A stretch of 64,000 nt of DNA from a phage. The notes beneath the pieces were generated by a model. The model was given only the letters and a program-made list of their open reading frames with translations, made no database searches and had not been told where the DNA came from. Below are positions 1 to 9,748 of the stretch, in pieces; position 1 is the first letter of the stretch; each line of letters starts with the position of its first letter. Both the position numbers and the translations under genes were made by a program. Location of the stretch: the sequence record PZ154895.1. One strand, written 5' to 3'.

Positions 1-5
1 AATGG

Positions 6-887
6 GTGCGTAATTTTAATAAAGCGGGATATATTACACAAATGACTGCTCGTGAGCAGCTCACCGATTTCTGTAAAACTATTGATTATAAAAATCCTCT
101 ATTTGTTCAAGGCGTTGGCCAAAGTAAGGTCGATTTATCATCTGGATTTTTCAATCCAAATCATTATCGTATTGAATGGAGATTTATTGCTCTGTTCCGT
201 AGGCAATTAAAGCAAATTTTATCAACTGCGAGTCGATTAAAAGGTTCTGATATTAATTTAAAGAATCTGAAATTTGATGGTTATACTCTTCAGATGGAAG
301 TAAGACCATTAAAAGAAAATAACAGAACTGCACGAATTAGCTTTAAACCTAATACAAAAAATTCTCTTTCAATTTGCGAATGCCTTAAATCACAGTTGAC
401 AGAAGCATTTAAGTATATGGATGTTGTTGCTGCTGTTCAGTCTAAGATTTCACAACATTTCGAACGATTTAAATTAGACACAACAACATATGAACTTGAT
501 ATGATCGTTTCATTTAAATACGATTTTTTGAGAAAGGACGAAGTCACGCAAGAGAAAAAGCAGGAAGTGCAAGATAACTTAAATTTAAATTTATCCAATT
601 ACTTATCAAACGATCCTAAATTTTGGATGTATAGTTCAGGTAATAAGGATGAATGGAAATTCAATAAAGTGAATTTTCTTCCTGTTGAAAATCCGAGTCT
701 TAAACCTGTTGAAAAATGGCATGCAGATGCGATTGAGAAGTCTATCAAGGCAGTAGATGATGAACTCGTTAAAGCAACTAATGAAGTGCTAGAAGCTGAA
801 AAGATGCTAGAAAAAGCTCAAGAAAAAGTCAAAAATCTCACGAAGCAACGTTCTAAACTGAACAATGCACTAAATGCACTAAACTAG
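6..887 (+). CDS. hypothetical early protein (nrdC-upstream region), coiled-coil C-terminus; 5' end probably truncated by window edge
   Basis: ORF track 6..887; frame stays open upstream of nt 6; no recognisable catalytic motif; early promoter begins at its stop codon. Confidence 0.5.
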   Translation: MRNFNKAGYITQMTAREQLTDFCKTIDYKNPLFVQGVGQSKVDLSSGFFNPNHYRIEWRFIALFRRQLKQILSTASRLKGSDINLKNLKFDGYTLQMEVRPLKENNRTARISFKPNTKNSLSICECLKSQLTEAFKYMDVVAAVQSKISQHFERFKLDTTTYELDMIVSFKYDFLRKDEVTQEKKQEVQDNLNLNLSNYLSNDPKFWMYSSGNKDEWKFNKVNFLPVENPSLKPVEKWHADAIEKSIKAVDDELVKATNEVLEAEKMLEKAQEKVKNLTKQRSKLNNALNALN

Positions 888-916
888 TTTACTTTGCCAC
901 AAGGATGTGGTATAAT
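887..916 (+). promoter_or_regulatory. early sigma70-type promoter (GTTTAC -35, TATAAT -10)
   Basis: GTTTAC 887-892, 18-nt spacer, TGgTATAAT 911-916. Confidence 0.6.
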
Positions 917-944
917 GTTCTTACTTTCTACTGAGGAGATTAAT

Positions 945-1946
945 ATGACTCGCAACGAATATATCAAATCGTTCAACAGCGTTATTGATGATAAAGTTAA
1001 ACCTATGTCTAGTCAGAATAGTTTGATTTCTATTATCAATCAATGGCTCAATAATACTGATGCAAGTATTGTTTCTTCTGGCAAATTTATTCATGAAGTT
1101 CGTGAAATTTCTAGTCGTACAGATAAAGAAGACATTAAGAAAACCTTTAAAGGGTCTCGTCTTCTTTCATACTTAGTCAACAGAGATATTCTTAGTAAAT
1201 TTGGGAAAGAAATTAAACGAACTAAAGATGTAGTAGGATATAATTGGTTCGGTGATGTTAATTCTTATCATCTTAATAATAAAGAAGACCCTGAGAATAT
1301 TTTTACTCGTCGTTGGATTAGTAATTTCAGACTTTTCAAAGGACAAATTCTAAAATCAGCTTCTAAATTATGCTATGGCGATTATCGTCAAATTCATCCT
1401 TTGGCTTCTGATATGATTATCGTAAAAGAATATGAGCTTGATAAAAATAAAGTAGCTATTTTTGTGAATTATGGATTTTTTACACCAAACGCTAACCAAA
1501 AGAATATTAATAAATTTTTCTCAATTGCTAGCACTATAACTTATCAATTAGAGGCGGCTTTGGGCTGTATGGAAACTGTAAAAAGTATTCATACATATCC
1601 TTTCAAAAATATGTGTGGTTGGGAAGGATATAAAATTATAATTAGCCTTCGTGAAGTAAAGCGTGCGTACTCACCGACTGATAAAGAAATTTATCAACAA
1701 AAATGCGAAGAAATTGTGAATACTCCTAAAGAAGAAACTACCCTTGAGGAACTAATGGAATGTCTTGACGATTCACCTGAACCGGTAGAAATTCGTCCAG
1801 AAGTTATTGCATTAGAAAAAGCTTATAAAGAAGCTCTAGAAATTTCTAATAAAGCACAGAAAGAATATGAGAAGACTAAAAGGATTTGGGAAGAATCTGT
1901 TAATCGTCTGGATCGTCTGGAACAAGCTTTACAATTAATTAAGTAA
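945..1946 (+). CDS. hypothetical early protein, coiled-coil C-terminus
   Basis: ORF track 894..1946 begins at TTG inside the promoter; first ATG at 945 preceded by GAGGAG. Confidence 0.55.
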   Translation: MTRNEYIKSFNSVIDDKVKPMSSQNSLISIINQWLNNTDASIVSSGKFIHEVREISSRTDKEDIKKTFKGSRLLSYLVNRDILSKFGKEIKRTKDVVGYNWFGDVNSYHLNNKEDPENIFTRRWISNFRLFKGQILKSASKLCYGDYRQIHPLASDMIIVKEYELDKNKVAIFVNYGFFTPNANQKNINKFFSIASTITYQLEAALGCMETVKSIHTYPFKNMCGWEGYKIIISLREVKRAYSPTDKEIYQQKCEEIVNTPKEETTLEELMECLDDSPEPVEIRPEVIALEKAYKEALEISNKAQKEYEKTKRIWEESVNRLDRLEQALQLIK

Positions 1947-1998
1947 TTTAAAGCCAAGGATGGCTCGGAGTATAAATCATTAACCAAGTGAGAAGAAC

Positions 1999-2928
1999 AT
2001 GAAAACTCGTAAACATTATATTGATTATTTTGACAGTCTTATTACTAAACACCGTAATTATCAAATCGGGCACAGAGCAGTAATCAATAATATTCTTCGT
2101 GATTTCCTTCAATATGTTGGCCAGGAAAATCATATCTGTAAAGATACTCAAAACGCTTATTCTCATTCGTTAGGCAATTTGCTTGAATGGTTTAAACGTT
2201 CTCGTATGTTATCTTCTACTGTAGCTCGCGATAACATTAAAAACTTTATGAAGCCGAGCTTTATTAAATCTGAGACATCTATAACTGATTTGGTTGAATT
2301 TACTATTGTTAACGATGTTAAAAAGACTCATTTGGCTGATTGGTTATCTACCATTCCTGAAACTAAATTTGCTGATAAATTTGCTTGTCAATTCAATGAC
2401 CAAGTGAATATGCTTTTTAAGCATGCTCGCAAACTGTTTACCGCGGGTGATGACCGTACAAATACAGTTCATGTTAAGGATTGGGTTATTGCTGATGAAG
2501 TAACACACAAGCCAGGTGGTTCATCAGTATTAATTAATATCCAGGTTCCTTATTATTACTCACGTAATCTCGGCACCATGAATGCTAGAGAAATTAATAA
2601 GCATAACAAAACTATTCGTTCGTTGTCTTATAAACTCCGCATGATGCTAAAAATTATGGACGTAGTGGAAATGTATGACGAAACCGAAGATAATGGTTCA
2701 ATGTTATACAGTTCACGCATTCTAATTAAACTGAAGAACCCTAATACATATAAGCCAGATGTAAAAGAACCTAAAGTAGAAAAGGTTGATAACCTGAGTG
2801 AAGAACGTGAATATCTCAAATCTCGATTGGTTGAAGTTGAAGCCCAGATTGCCGAACACACCAAATTGTTAAAAGCTCTTAATGCAAAAGCAAATGGTTT
2901 ACGTAATGCTATTGAGGTATTGAAATGA
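1999..2928 (+). CDS. hypothetical early protein (309 aa), coiled-coil C-terminus
   Basis: ORF track; ATG start; C-terminal heptad-like region. Confidence 0.55.
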   Translation: MKTRKHYIDYFDSLITKHRNYQIGHRAVINNILRDFLQYVGQENHICKDTQNAYSHSLGNLLEWFKRSRMLSSTVARDNIKNFMKPSFIKSETSITDLVEFTIVNDVKKTHLADWLSTIPETKFADKFACQFNDQVNMLFKHARKLFTAGDDRTNTVHVKDWVIADEVTHKPGGSSVLINIQVPYYYSRNLGTMNAREINKHNKTIRSLSYKLRMMLKIMDVVEMYDETEDNGSMLYSSRILIKLKNPNTYKPDVKEPKVEKVDNLSEEREYLKSRLVEVEAQIAEHTKLLKALNAKANGLRNAIEVLK

Positions 2929-3242
2929 AAAAGCGTCTATTAGAAGACATTGCAGCTTCAAGTAATTCTAGTCTAATTAAAATTATTATGGCTGGTGAAG
3001 AAGACGATCTGGAAATGCGTGGAAAGATTCATGGTTGTGACGATTTAGATTTTAAACCTCCGGCATGGGATGCTATTATTGTTATGGTTGAACGCCGCGA
3101 AAGGGCTTCTAAGAATGTTCCGAACTGCCCAAAATGTGGTACTGAACAGGTACAATTAGTTCATTGGCAGACTAGTATTCTTCGTTATAAATGTCGTCAT
3201 TGCAAACACCGATTTGACCGAGAAGAAAATGAAAAAGCGTAA
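2925..3242 (+). CDS. small zinc-ribbon protein (CPKCG...CRHCKH)
   Basis: ORF track; ATGA overlap with upstream stop; GAGG 7 nt upstream; two Cys pairs. Confidence 0.5.
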   Translation: MKKRLLEDIAASSNSSLIKIIMAGEEDDLEMRGKIHGCDDLDFKPPAWDAIIVMVERRERASKNVPNCPKCGTEQVQLVHWQTSILRYKCRHCKHRFDREENEKA

Positions 3243-3471
3243 AGAATATATGGAGATTGCTGAAAAGGCAGTCCGTGAATTAGCAATAGCGTATTATAAT
3301 GAACACGGTAAATTTCCTGATAGATACAGCGTGCTTAAATCTGCTTTAACTCGTTCATATAAAAATATGCTATCAGAAGTAAGTGATATTATATACAAAC
3401 ATAAAGAACAAACGGGCCAAAGTCTTGATTACGACGAGACTTTTAAACAAGTACTAGGAATTAAGGAATAA
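3229..3471 (+). CDS. hypothetical protein
   Basis: ORF track 3214..3471 begins at TTG; first in-frame ATG at 3229. Confidence 0.4.
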   Translation: MKKRKEYMEIAEKAVRELAIAYYNEHGKFPDRYSVLKSALTRSYKNMLSEVSDIIYKHKEQTGQSLDYDETFKQVLGIKE

Positions 3472-3472
3472 T

Positions 3473-3736
3473 ATGTTTAAAGTATATGGTTATGATAGCA
3501 ACATCCACAAATGTGTGTATTGCGATAATGCAAAACGTCTCTTGACTGTGAAGAAACAGCCGTTTGAATTTATCAACATTATGCCGGAAAAAGGTGTTTT
3601 TGATGATGAGAAAATCGCTGAGCTTCTGACGAAACTAGGTCGTGATACTCAAATTGGACTGACGATGCCACAAGTATTTGCTCCTGATGGAAGTCATATT
3701 GGTGGATTTGACCAATTGCGGGAATACTTTAAATGA
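3473..3736 (+). CDS. nrdC: phage glutaredoxin/thioredoxin NrdC
   Basis: 87 aa; CVYC redox motif; matches T4 NrdC as recalled; AAGGA SD. Confidence 0.9.
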   Translation: MFKVYGYDSNIHKCVYCDNAKRLLTVKKQPFEFINIMPEKGVFDDEKIAELLTKLGRDTQIGLTMPQVFAPDGSHIGGFDQLREYFK

Positions 3737-3948
3737 TGCTCGAAGGAACTGATTATATCCATGACTACCGCGGAAGCGCGGTATATGTAGGTGATGAGGT
3801 TGCAGTTTATTATGGGTATGGAACTTTGATGACAGCAAAGGTTATTCAAATTAAAAATAATCGTGCTAAACTCGAAGTTTATTATTCTAATGGTGAAAAG
3901 TCTATTTCTAAATGGAAATATGGCGATTGCATGGTCAAACTGGGGTAA
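3733..3948 (+). CDS. hypothetical protein (71 aa)
   Basis: ORF track; ATGA overlap with nrdC stop. Confidence 0.45.
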   Translation: MMLEGTDYIHDYRGSAVYVGDEVAVYYGYGTLMTAKVIQIKNNRAKLEVYYSNGEKSISKWKYGDCMVKLG

Positions 3949-3950
3949 AT

Positions 3951-4121
3951 ATGATTTACGATATTAGTGTATCAAGAACTCCGTCAATGGTTACTATTCC
4001 AGCCGAAGAATTAGATCGTCTTCAGAAAATTGAAGAGCTTCTTTGGGAAATTGAATCTGATTTGCCATCAGGACTAGAATCCTGGATTGATTATGAAGAA
4101 CTTAATAAATTGCGAAATTAA
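3951..4121 (+). CDS. hypothetical protein
   Basis: ORF track 3912..4121; in-frame ATG at 3951 just after upstream stop; alternative start 3912. Confidence 0.4.
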   Translation: MIYDISVSRTPSMVTIPAEELDRLQKIEELLWEIESDLPSGLESWIDYEELNKLRN

Positions 4122-4131
4122 TTGGTGACAA

Positions 4132-4452
4132 ATGAATATTGAAAATAAATTAGATGTTGATGCAGTTCTGAGTGAAATCATTGAAGACCATGATGCATTT
4201 TCAGAAAACTATGATTTCGATTTTTCCGATTATCTTAAACCTGTCGAAATAGAAGACTGGGTGCAAGACGGTAAATGTCAATATCGTCAGTGTGTTTATT
4301 TTAGTCCAAAACATAACGTTCATGTGTCTGTAAATGAATCTCGCTCAGGTTCTTACCATTCTGACTGGTATTATGCAGTTCCGACTGTTGAACTAGTCGA
4401 GCCCCGTGAACGTGTAGTAACTCAGACAATACGAGAATGGATTACGCTATAA
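4132..4452 (+). CDS. hypothetical protein (106 aa)
   Basis: ORF track. Confidence 0.5.
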   Translation: MNIENKLDVDAVLSEIIEDHDAFSENYDFDFSDYLKPVEIEDWVQDGKCQYRQCVYFSPKHNVHVSVNESRSGSYHSDWYYAVPTVELVEPRERVVTQTIREWITL

Positions 4453-4575
4453 AACCTTGGTGGGCGGCTAGATGGGAAACAGTAGAGCCAGAACCGGAAG
4501 AACCGGTTTACACTGATGAAGAAACAGTATATAATGAACCTACAATAAATGACATAATTGATATGGAGATGGGAC

Positions 4576-5022
4576 ATGATTACAGTAGATAAGTGGTTTA
4601 GAATTAATCGTGCTGATAAAGGGCTGTGTAATTACTGGCCGGAACTTAGTGCAGGTACTGTCTTTAAAGTTCGTGAACTTGCAAAAGAATGTGAAGATGA
4701 TATAGAACCTGATACTGGAATTATTGAAATTGAACTTTCTGACGGAAAGGTTATTAACATCTATGATAAGCCAATTACATATTGGTGCCTATGGAATACT
4801 GAATCAGTAGAAAACGGCGAAATTGAAGAAGTTGTAGAACGAGTTGATCAAGCTATTCATAAACCTAAAGCCGCTTTTCAAGGTGAACGCATTTCATATG
4901 CATTAGCTAAATTAGCTGCGCAAGAAAACAATGATGGCTATGAAGGAAATTTGATGCAAGCTGCGGCAGAATATATTGAATGGCTTGAAACTCAAATTTC
5001 TTTTTCTGACCGAGCGTTTTAA
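4576..5022 (+). CDS. hypothetical protein (possibly pin-like by position)
   Basis: ORF track 4558..5022 begins at TTG; first ATG at 4576 with GGAG upstream; position between nrdC and gene 49. Confidence 0.45.
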   Translation: MITVDKWFRINRADKGLCNYWPELSAGTVFKVRELAKECEDDIEPDTGIIEIELSDGKVINIYDKPITYWCLWNTESVENGEIEEVVERVDQAIHKPKAAFQGERISYALAKLAAQENNDGYEGNLMQAAAEYIEWLETQISFSDRAF

Positions 5023-5071
5023 TACTTGAAAATAATAAATACCCTTATCTATTCAAGGTAAGGGTTTTATT

Positions 5072-5545
5072 ATGTTATTGACTGGCAAATTATACAAAGA
5101 AGAAAAACAGAAATTTTATGATGCACAAAACGGTAAATGCTTAATTTGCCAACGAGAACTAAATCCTGATGTTCAAGCTAATCATCTTGACCATGACCAT
5201 GAATTAAATGGACCGAAAGCTGGAAAGGTACGTGGATTGCTCTGTAATCTCTGCAATGCTGCAGAAGGTCAAATGAAGCATAAATTTAATCGTTCTGGCT
5301 TAAAGGGACAAGGTGTTGATTATCTTGAATGGTTAGAAAATTTACTTACTTATTTAAAATCCGATTACACCCAAAATAATATTCACCCTAACTTCGTTGG
5401 AGATAAATCAAAGGAATTTTCTCGTTTAGGAAAAGAGGAAATGATGGCTGAGATGCTTCAAAGAGGATTTGAATATAATGAATCTGACACCAAAACACAA
5501 TTAATAGCTTCATTTAAGAAGCAGCTTAGAAAGAGTTTAAAATGA
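5072..5545 (+). CDS. 49: endonuclease VII (Holliday junction resolvase)
   Basis: 157 aa; matches T4 gp49 as recalled; zinc-binding Cys cluster; hairpin immediately upstream. Confidence 0.9.
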   Translation: MLLTGKLYKEEKQKFYDAQNGKCLICQRELNPDVQANHLDHDHELNGPKAGKVRGLLCNLCNAAEGQMKHKFNRSGLKGQGVDYLEWLENLLTYLKSDYTQNNIHPNFVGDKSKEFSRLGKEEMMAEMLQRGFEYNESDTKTQLIASFKKQLRKSLK

Positions 5546-7359
5546 CAATTGAAAAAGAAATTGAAGGATTGATTCATAAAACTAATAAAGACCTTTTAAA
5601 CGAGAATGCTAATAAAGATTCTCGTGTTTTTCCAACTCAACGGGACCTTATGGCTGGTATTGTGTCTAAACACATTGCCAAAAATATGGTCCCGTCTTTT
5701 ATTATGAAAGCGCATGAAAGCGGAATTATTCATTTCCATGATATTGATTATTCCCCTGCTCTTCCATTTACTAATTGCTGTTTAGTAGATTTAAAAGGAA
5801 TGCTTGAAAACGGATTTAAGCTCGGCAATGCACAGATTGAAACTCCTAAATCAATCGGCGTTGCTACTGCAATTATGGCACAAATTACTGCACAGGTTGC
5901 TTCCCATCAATACGGTGGAACGACTTTTGCGAATGTAGATAAAGTCCTTTCTCCTTATGTTAAACGCACCTATGCAAAACATATTGAGGATGCAGAAAAA
6001 TGGCAAATCGCTGATGCGTTGAATTATGCCCAATCTAAAACAGAAAAAGACGTATACGATGCATTCCAAGCTTATGAATATGAAGTAAATACTCTCTTTA
6101 GTTCAAACGGACAAACGCCTTTTGTAACAATTACATTTGGTACGGGAACTGACTGGACTGAACGAATGATTCAGAAAGCAATTCTGAAAAATCGTATTAA
6201 AGGTCTTGGTCGTGACGGGATAACTCCTATTTTCCCTAAGCTTGTTATGTTCGTTGAAGAGGGTGTTAATCTTTATAAAGACGATCCGAACTATGATATT
6301 AAGCAGCTTGCTTTAGAGTGTGCAAGCAAAAGAATGTATCCTGACATCATTTCGGCTAAGAACAATAAAGCTATCACCGGTTCATCTATTCCTGTTTCTC
6401 CAATGGGTTGTCGTAGTTTCTTGAGTGTATGGAAAGATTCGACTGGTAATGAAATTCTTGATGGACGTAATAATCTTGGTGTTGTAACACTGAATCTTCC
6501 TCGTATTGCATTAGATTCTTATATTGGAACACAGTTCAATGAACAGAAATTTACTGAATTGTTCAATGAGCGAATGGATTTATGTTTTGAAGCATTGATG
6601 TGTAGAATTAGTTCCTTAAAAGGAGTTAAAGCGACTGTTGCTCCTATTCTTTACCAAGAAGGTGCATTCGGGGTTCGTCTTAAACCTGATGACGATATAA
6701 TTGAGTTATTTAAAAACGGTAGAAGTTCAGTGTCCCTAGGATACATCGGTATTCACGAATTGAATATTCTTGTCGGTCGTGATATTGGACAGGAAATTTT
6801 AACTAAAATGAATGCTCGTCTTAAGCAGTGGACTGAAAGAACTGGTTTTGCTTTTAGCTTGTATTCTACTCCTGCTGAAAACCTGTGCTATCGCTTCTGT
6901 AAACTTGATACCGAAAAATATGGAAGTGTAAAGGATGTTACTGATAAAGGCTGGTACACCAACAGTTTCCACGTTTCAGTAGAAGAAAATATTACTCCGT
7001 TTGAAAAGATTTCTCGAGAAGCCCCATATCATTTCATTGCGACAGGTGGTCACATTTCTTATGTTGAACTTCCTGATATGAAAAATAACCTAAAAGGTCT
7101 TGAGGCTGTATGGGATTATGCTGCACAACATTTAGATTATTTTGGTGTTAACATGCCGGTAGATAAATGTTTTACGTGTGGAAGTACCCATGAAATGACT
7201 CCTACTGAAAACGGATTTGTTTGTTCTATTTGTGGAGAAACTGATCCTAAAAAGATGAACACAATAAGAAGAACTTGTGGCTATTTGGGAAATCCGAATG
7301 AACGCGGATTTAATCTTGGCAAAAATAAAGAAATCATGCATAGGGTTAAACACCAATGA
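5542..7359 (+). CDS. nrdD: anaerobic ribonucleoside-triphosphate reductase NrdD, uninterrupted
   Basis: 605 aa continuous ORF; matches T4 NrdD including C-terminal Cys/Gly-radical region; ATGA overlap with gene 49. Confidence 0.95.
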   Translation: MTIEKEIEGLIHKTNKDLLNENANKDSRVFPTQRDLMAGIVSKHIAKNMVPSFIMKAHESGIIHFHDIDYSPALPFTNCCLVDLKGMLENGFKLGNAQIETPKSIGVATAIMAQITAQVASHQYGGTTFANVDKVLSPYVKRTYAKHIEDAEKWQIADALNYAQSKTEKDVYDAFQAYEYEVNTLFSSNGQTPFVTITFGTGTDWTERMIQKAILKNRIKGLGRDGITPIFPKLVMFVEEGVNLYKDDPNYDIKQLALECASKRMYPDIISAKNNKAITGSSIPVSPMGCRSFLSVWKDSTGNEILDGRNNLGVVTLNLPRIALDSYIGTQFNEQKFTELFNERMDLCFEALMCRISSLKGVKATVAPILYQEGAFGVRLKPDDDIIELFKNGRSSVSLGYIGIHELNILVGRDIGQEILTKMNARLKQWTERTGFAFSLYSTPAENLCYRFCKLDTEKYGSVKDVTDKGWYTNSFHVSVEENITPFEKISREAPYHFIATGGHISYVELPDMKNNLKGLEAVWDYAAQHLDYFGVNMPVDKCFTCGSTHEMTPTENGFVCSICGETDPKKMNTIRRTCGYLGNPNERGFNLGKNKEIMHRVKHQ

Positions 7360-7826
7360 ATTACGACAGATTTTATCCCTGCGATTTTGTGAATGGCCCT
7401 GGATGCAGGGTCGTTCTTTTCGTTACGGGGTGTTTGCATAAATGTGAAGGGTGTTATAATAAATCAACATGGAATGCTAGAAATGGCGTTCCATTCACTG
7501 GTGAAACACTAGAACAATTAATTGAATGTTTGAATAATGATTATATAGAAGGATTAACTATAACTGGAGGAGACCCTCTTTATCCTGATAACCGGGATGC
7601 TGTTCATTGCATTGTTCAAACAGTAAAAAATCTTTATCCAAATAAAAGCATTTGGTTGTGGACAGGGTATAAGTTTGAAGATATTAAACAACTAGAAATG
7701 CTTAAATATGTTGATGTTATTATTGATGGGAAGTATGAGAAAAATCTTCCGACCAAAAAGCTGTGGCGAGGATCAGATAATCAGCGACTTTGGTCAAATA
7801 CCGATGGGGTGTGGAAACATGATTAA
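7356..7826 (+). CDS. nrdG: anaerobic RNR activating enzyme NrdG (radical SAM)
   Basis: 156 aa; CxxxCxxC-type cluster (CLHKCEGC); overlaps nrdD stop. Confidence 0.95.
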   Translation: MNYDRFYPCDFVNGPGCRVVLFVTGCLHKCEGCYNKSTWNARNGVPFTGETLEQLIECLNNDYIEGLTITGGDPLYPDNRDAVHCIVQTVKNLYPNKSIWLWTGYKFEDIKQLEMLKYVDVIIDGKYEKNLPTKKLWRGSDNQRLWSNTDGVWKHD

Positions 7827-7940
7827 ATTGAATTATATTATGGACACTATAAATGATATGATTTTTCATTTTGGTCCAGAATTTTATTCGCAATATAGTT
7901 TAGTGCTTATCAATGCTTGGTTAATCAATTAAGGGTAAAT

Positions 7941-8156
7941 ATGTATAAATTTCGTAAAGGTTTAGCTGATTTTCTTACAACTGTAACATTCTTTTTGTTT
8001 ATGGCAGTTGGTGCTATTTTTCTTATTCCTTTTATTGTTATATTTTTCGTGATTAGTTTGATTTATCCAGAAAAAGGCTTATCTTCTAGCGAGTTCAATG
8101 AGCGTCTGGATAAAATTACTAACAAACTGAATTCTGTTCTTGACAAAAAGGCTTAA
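7941..8156 (+). CDS. small membrane protein
   Basis: ORF track 7917..8156 begins at TTG; ATG at 7941 after AAGGG; hydrophobic core. Confidence 0.45.
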   Translation: MYKFRKGLADFLTTVTFFLFMAVGAIFLIPFIVIFFVISLIYPEKGLSSSEFNERLDKITNKLNSVLDKKA

Positions 8157-8158
8157 TT

Positions 8159-8470
8159 ATGATTAGTTTTGAGCGGTACGTGGTAGAGAGTTGGAAGGGT
8201 TTTGATATGTTCGGTAATGACTATTATTTCTATGAATGTAGTCTAAATCCTAGTTTTTGGGCTGGACGAGAACGAGAACTCGAAGAAATTAATAACCGTG
8301 CTGAATTGTTAGGTGAATTACCTACGGTGTATTTTACCTTTGACGCATCTGGATTTGTTATCCAGGTTTATTTTCCTGAAGAAAATTCTGGCGATGATTC
8401 TGTTAACCCGCCATACTGGGCTTATCAAGGAATTATTTCTCGTGGAACAAAACTCGAACTTAAAGAATAA
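8159..8470 (+). CDS. hypothetical protein (103 aa)
   Basis: ORF track. Confidence 0.5.
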   Translation: MISFERYVVESWKGFDMFGNDYYFYECSLNPSFWAGRERELEEINNRAELLGELPTVYFTFDASGFVIQVYFPEENSGDDSVNPPYWAYQGIISRGTKLELKE

Positions 8471-8471
8471 G

Positions 8472-8765
8472 ATTGAAGTCTATGGAATTCCAGATGAAGT
8501 AGGTCGTTGTCCTGGATGTCAATCAGTTACAAAACTTCTAAAGGAGCTCAATGCTCCTTTTACTTTCTATAAAGTTCTTACAAATAATGGTAAGATTGAG
8601 TATGATCGTCCACTAATTGTATCTCTTGCTAAACGAGCTGGATTCACATCTCTTAACATTCGTTATCCAGTCATTTTCATTAATGATTCTAGACAAAAGA
8701 ACATTAAACACTTCAAAGAAACTCTCATTTCACTTGGATATGATAGAGATATCATAGAAGACTAA
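8472..8765 (+). CDS. nrdH: NrdH-like glutaredoxin (CPGC); start codon unresolved
   Basis: Glutaredoxin-like region KIEVYG...CPGC lies in ORF 8313..8765; no ATG between upstream stop (8470) and the fold; ATT at 8472 or upstream ATG/GTG are candidates. Confidence 0.5.
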   Translation: MEVYGIPDEVGRCPGCQSVTKLLKELNAPFTFYKVLTNNGKIEYDRPLIVSLAKRAGFTSLNIRYPVIFINDSRQKNIKHFKETLISLGYDRDIIED

Positions 8766-8767
8766 GA

Positions 8768-8790
8768 CGGGCCCTCTGGGCCTTTCTTTC
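8768..8790 (+). terminator. putative rho-independent terminator
   Basis: GGCCC-TCT-GGGCC hairpin then TTTCTTT. Confidence 0.4.
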
Positions 8791-8861
8791 TCACATTCTG
8801 TATATTACCATTCTAACTATCATTCACTTCTTATCATTCCCTAAAATAATTTCACAAAGTT

Positions 8862-8891
8862 GTTTACAACAAGTTCAAACTGTGGTATTAT
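8862..8891 (+). promoter_or_regulatory. early promoter
   Basis: GTTTAC, 18-nt spacer, TGgTATTAT. Confidence 0.55.
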
Positions 8892-8921
8892 TAACATATG
8901 AATTGCCTTTGAGGATTTGAT

Positions 8922-9104
8922 ATGGTTGTGGTTGATAAAGAAATTAAAAAGGGACAATATTATTTTATTAATGGTAATGTTGTTCGTGTTACTTACGTAA
9001 ACGGTTTTGAAGTTTATTATCTTATACTCAAGTTACATAAACAGATGATTTGTGATCGTGCTGTATTTAGTTCAGTTGCTAAGGAAATTAAACTCCATGG
9101 GTAA
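8922..9104 (+). CDS. hypothetical protein (60 aa)
   Basis: ORF track; GAGGA SD; early promoter upstream. Confidence 0.4.
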   Translation: MVVVDKEIKKGQYYFINGNVVRVTYVNGFEVYYLILKLHKQMICDRAVFSSVAKEIKLHG

Positions 9105-9390
9105 AACGTATCGTCGTAAAGATTTAAAAGTACGTGATTATGACTATTTTGGAAAGCGCAAAGCTCCTGATGGTGTAAGTCATAAAGATATGGTTGAAAA
9201 CATTTTTCGCTCTGATAAATGGCGTAGAATGAAAGGCATTGATTCAGAAGTTAAAGATGAGCTAAATCGTCAATTACGTAGTGAAGTAAGAAAGTTGAAA
9301 AAATCAGTTTACATTGACGATGATTTTGATTATAATACTTCTCAACGAGTTGCTAAGCGTAAATCAAACGAGTGCTATCGTTACAGCTGA
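9097..9390 (+). CDS. hypothetical basic protein
   Basis: ORF track 9052..9390; in-frame ATG at 9097; K/R rich. Confidence 0.4.
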   Translation: MGKTYRRKDLKVRDYDYFGKRKAPDGVSHKDMVENIFRSDKWRRMKGIDSEVKDELNRQLRSEVRKLKKSVYIDDDFDYNTSQRVAKRKSNECYRYS

Positions 9391-9529
9391 GGAAAATATG
9401 AATATCAAACGAATGCTTTTTAAACAAGGATTATACACTTTAAATGTTGCTCCAAAAGGTGATACGACTAAGTGGTCAATAAATGACTGGATTAAATTCA
9501 TTGATGAAAACGGTAACTGGAAAATTTAA

Positions 9530-9730
9530 ATGAATCCTGAATCTAAATTATCGCAACGAATTGCTGAAGCTCGTCGCCAGTTCTTTGAAAATATGATATC
9601 TCAAGGTATTGATGACGAAGTTTTTCTAAACTGGTTTTGGAATCACAAATATTCAAGTTGCTCAGGAGCAATATTAATATCAGCCGCAATGATGTACGAA
9701 GGCTGGAAGGGTGCCAAGAAGTTTAGCTAA
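9530..9730 (+). CDS. hypothetical protein (66 aa)
   Basis: ORF track; followed by terminator. Confidence 0.45.
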   Translation: MNPESKLSQRIAEARRQFFENMISQGIDDEVFLNWFWNHKYSSCSGAILISAAMMYEGWKGAKKFS

Positions 9731-9748
9731 GGGCTTCGGCCCTTTTTG
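9731..9748 (+). terminator. rho-independent terminator (UUCG tetraloop)
   Basis: GGGCTTCGGCCC + TTTTT. Confidence 0.7.

Noticed and set aside
5851-6069. Minus-strand 72-aa ORF inside nrdD
   Set aside because: Lies antisense within a well-supported conserved gene, with no SD or promoter; typical spurious ORF in AT-rich DNA.
7708-7932. 74-aa ORF overlapping the 3' end of nrdG in another frame
   Set aside because: Overlaps a conserved gene out of frame; its start has no RBS; the downstream gene is better explained by the ATG at 7941.
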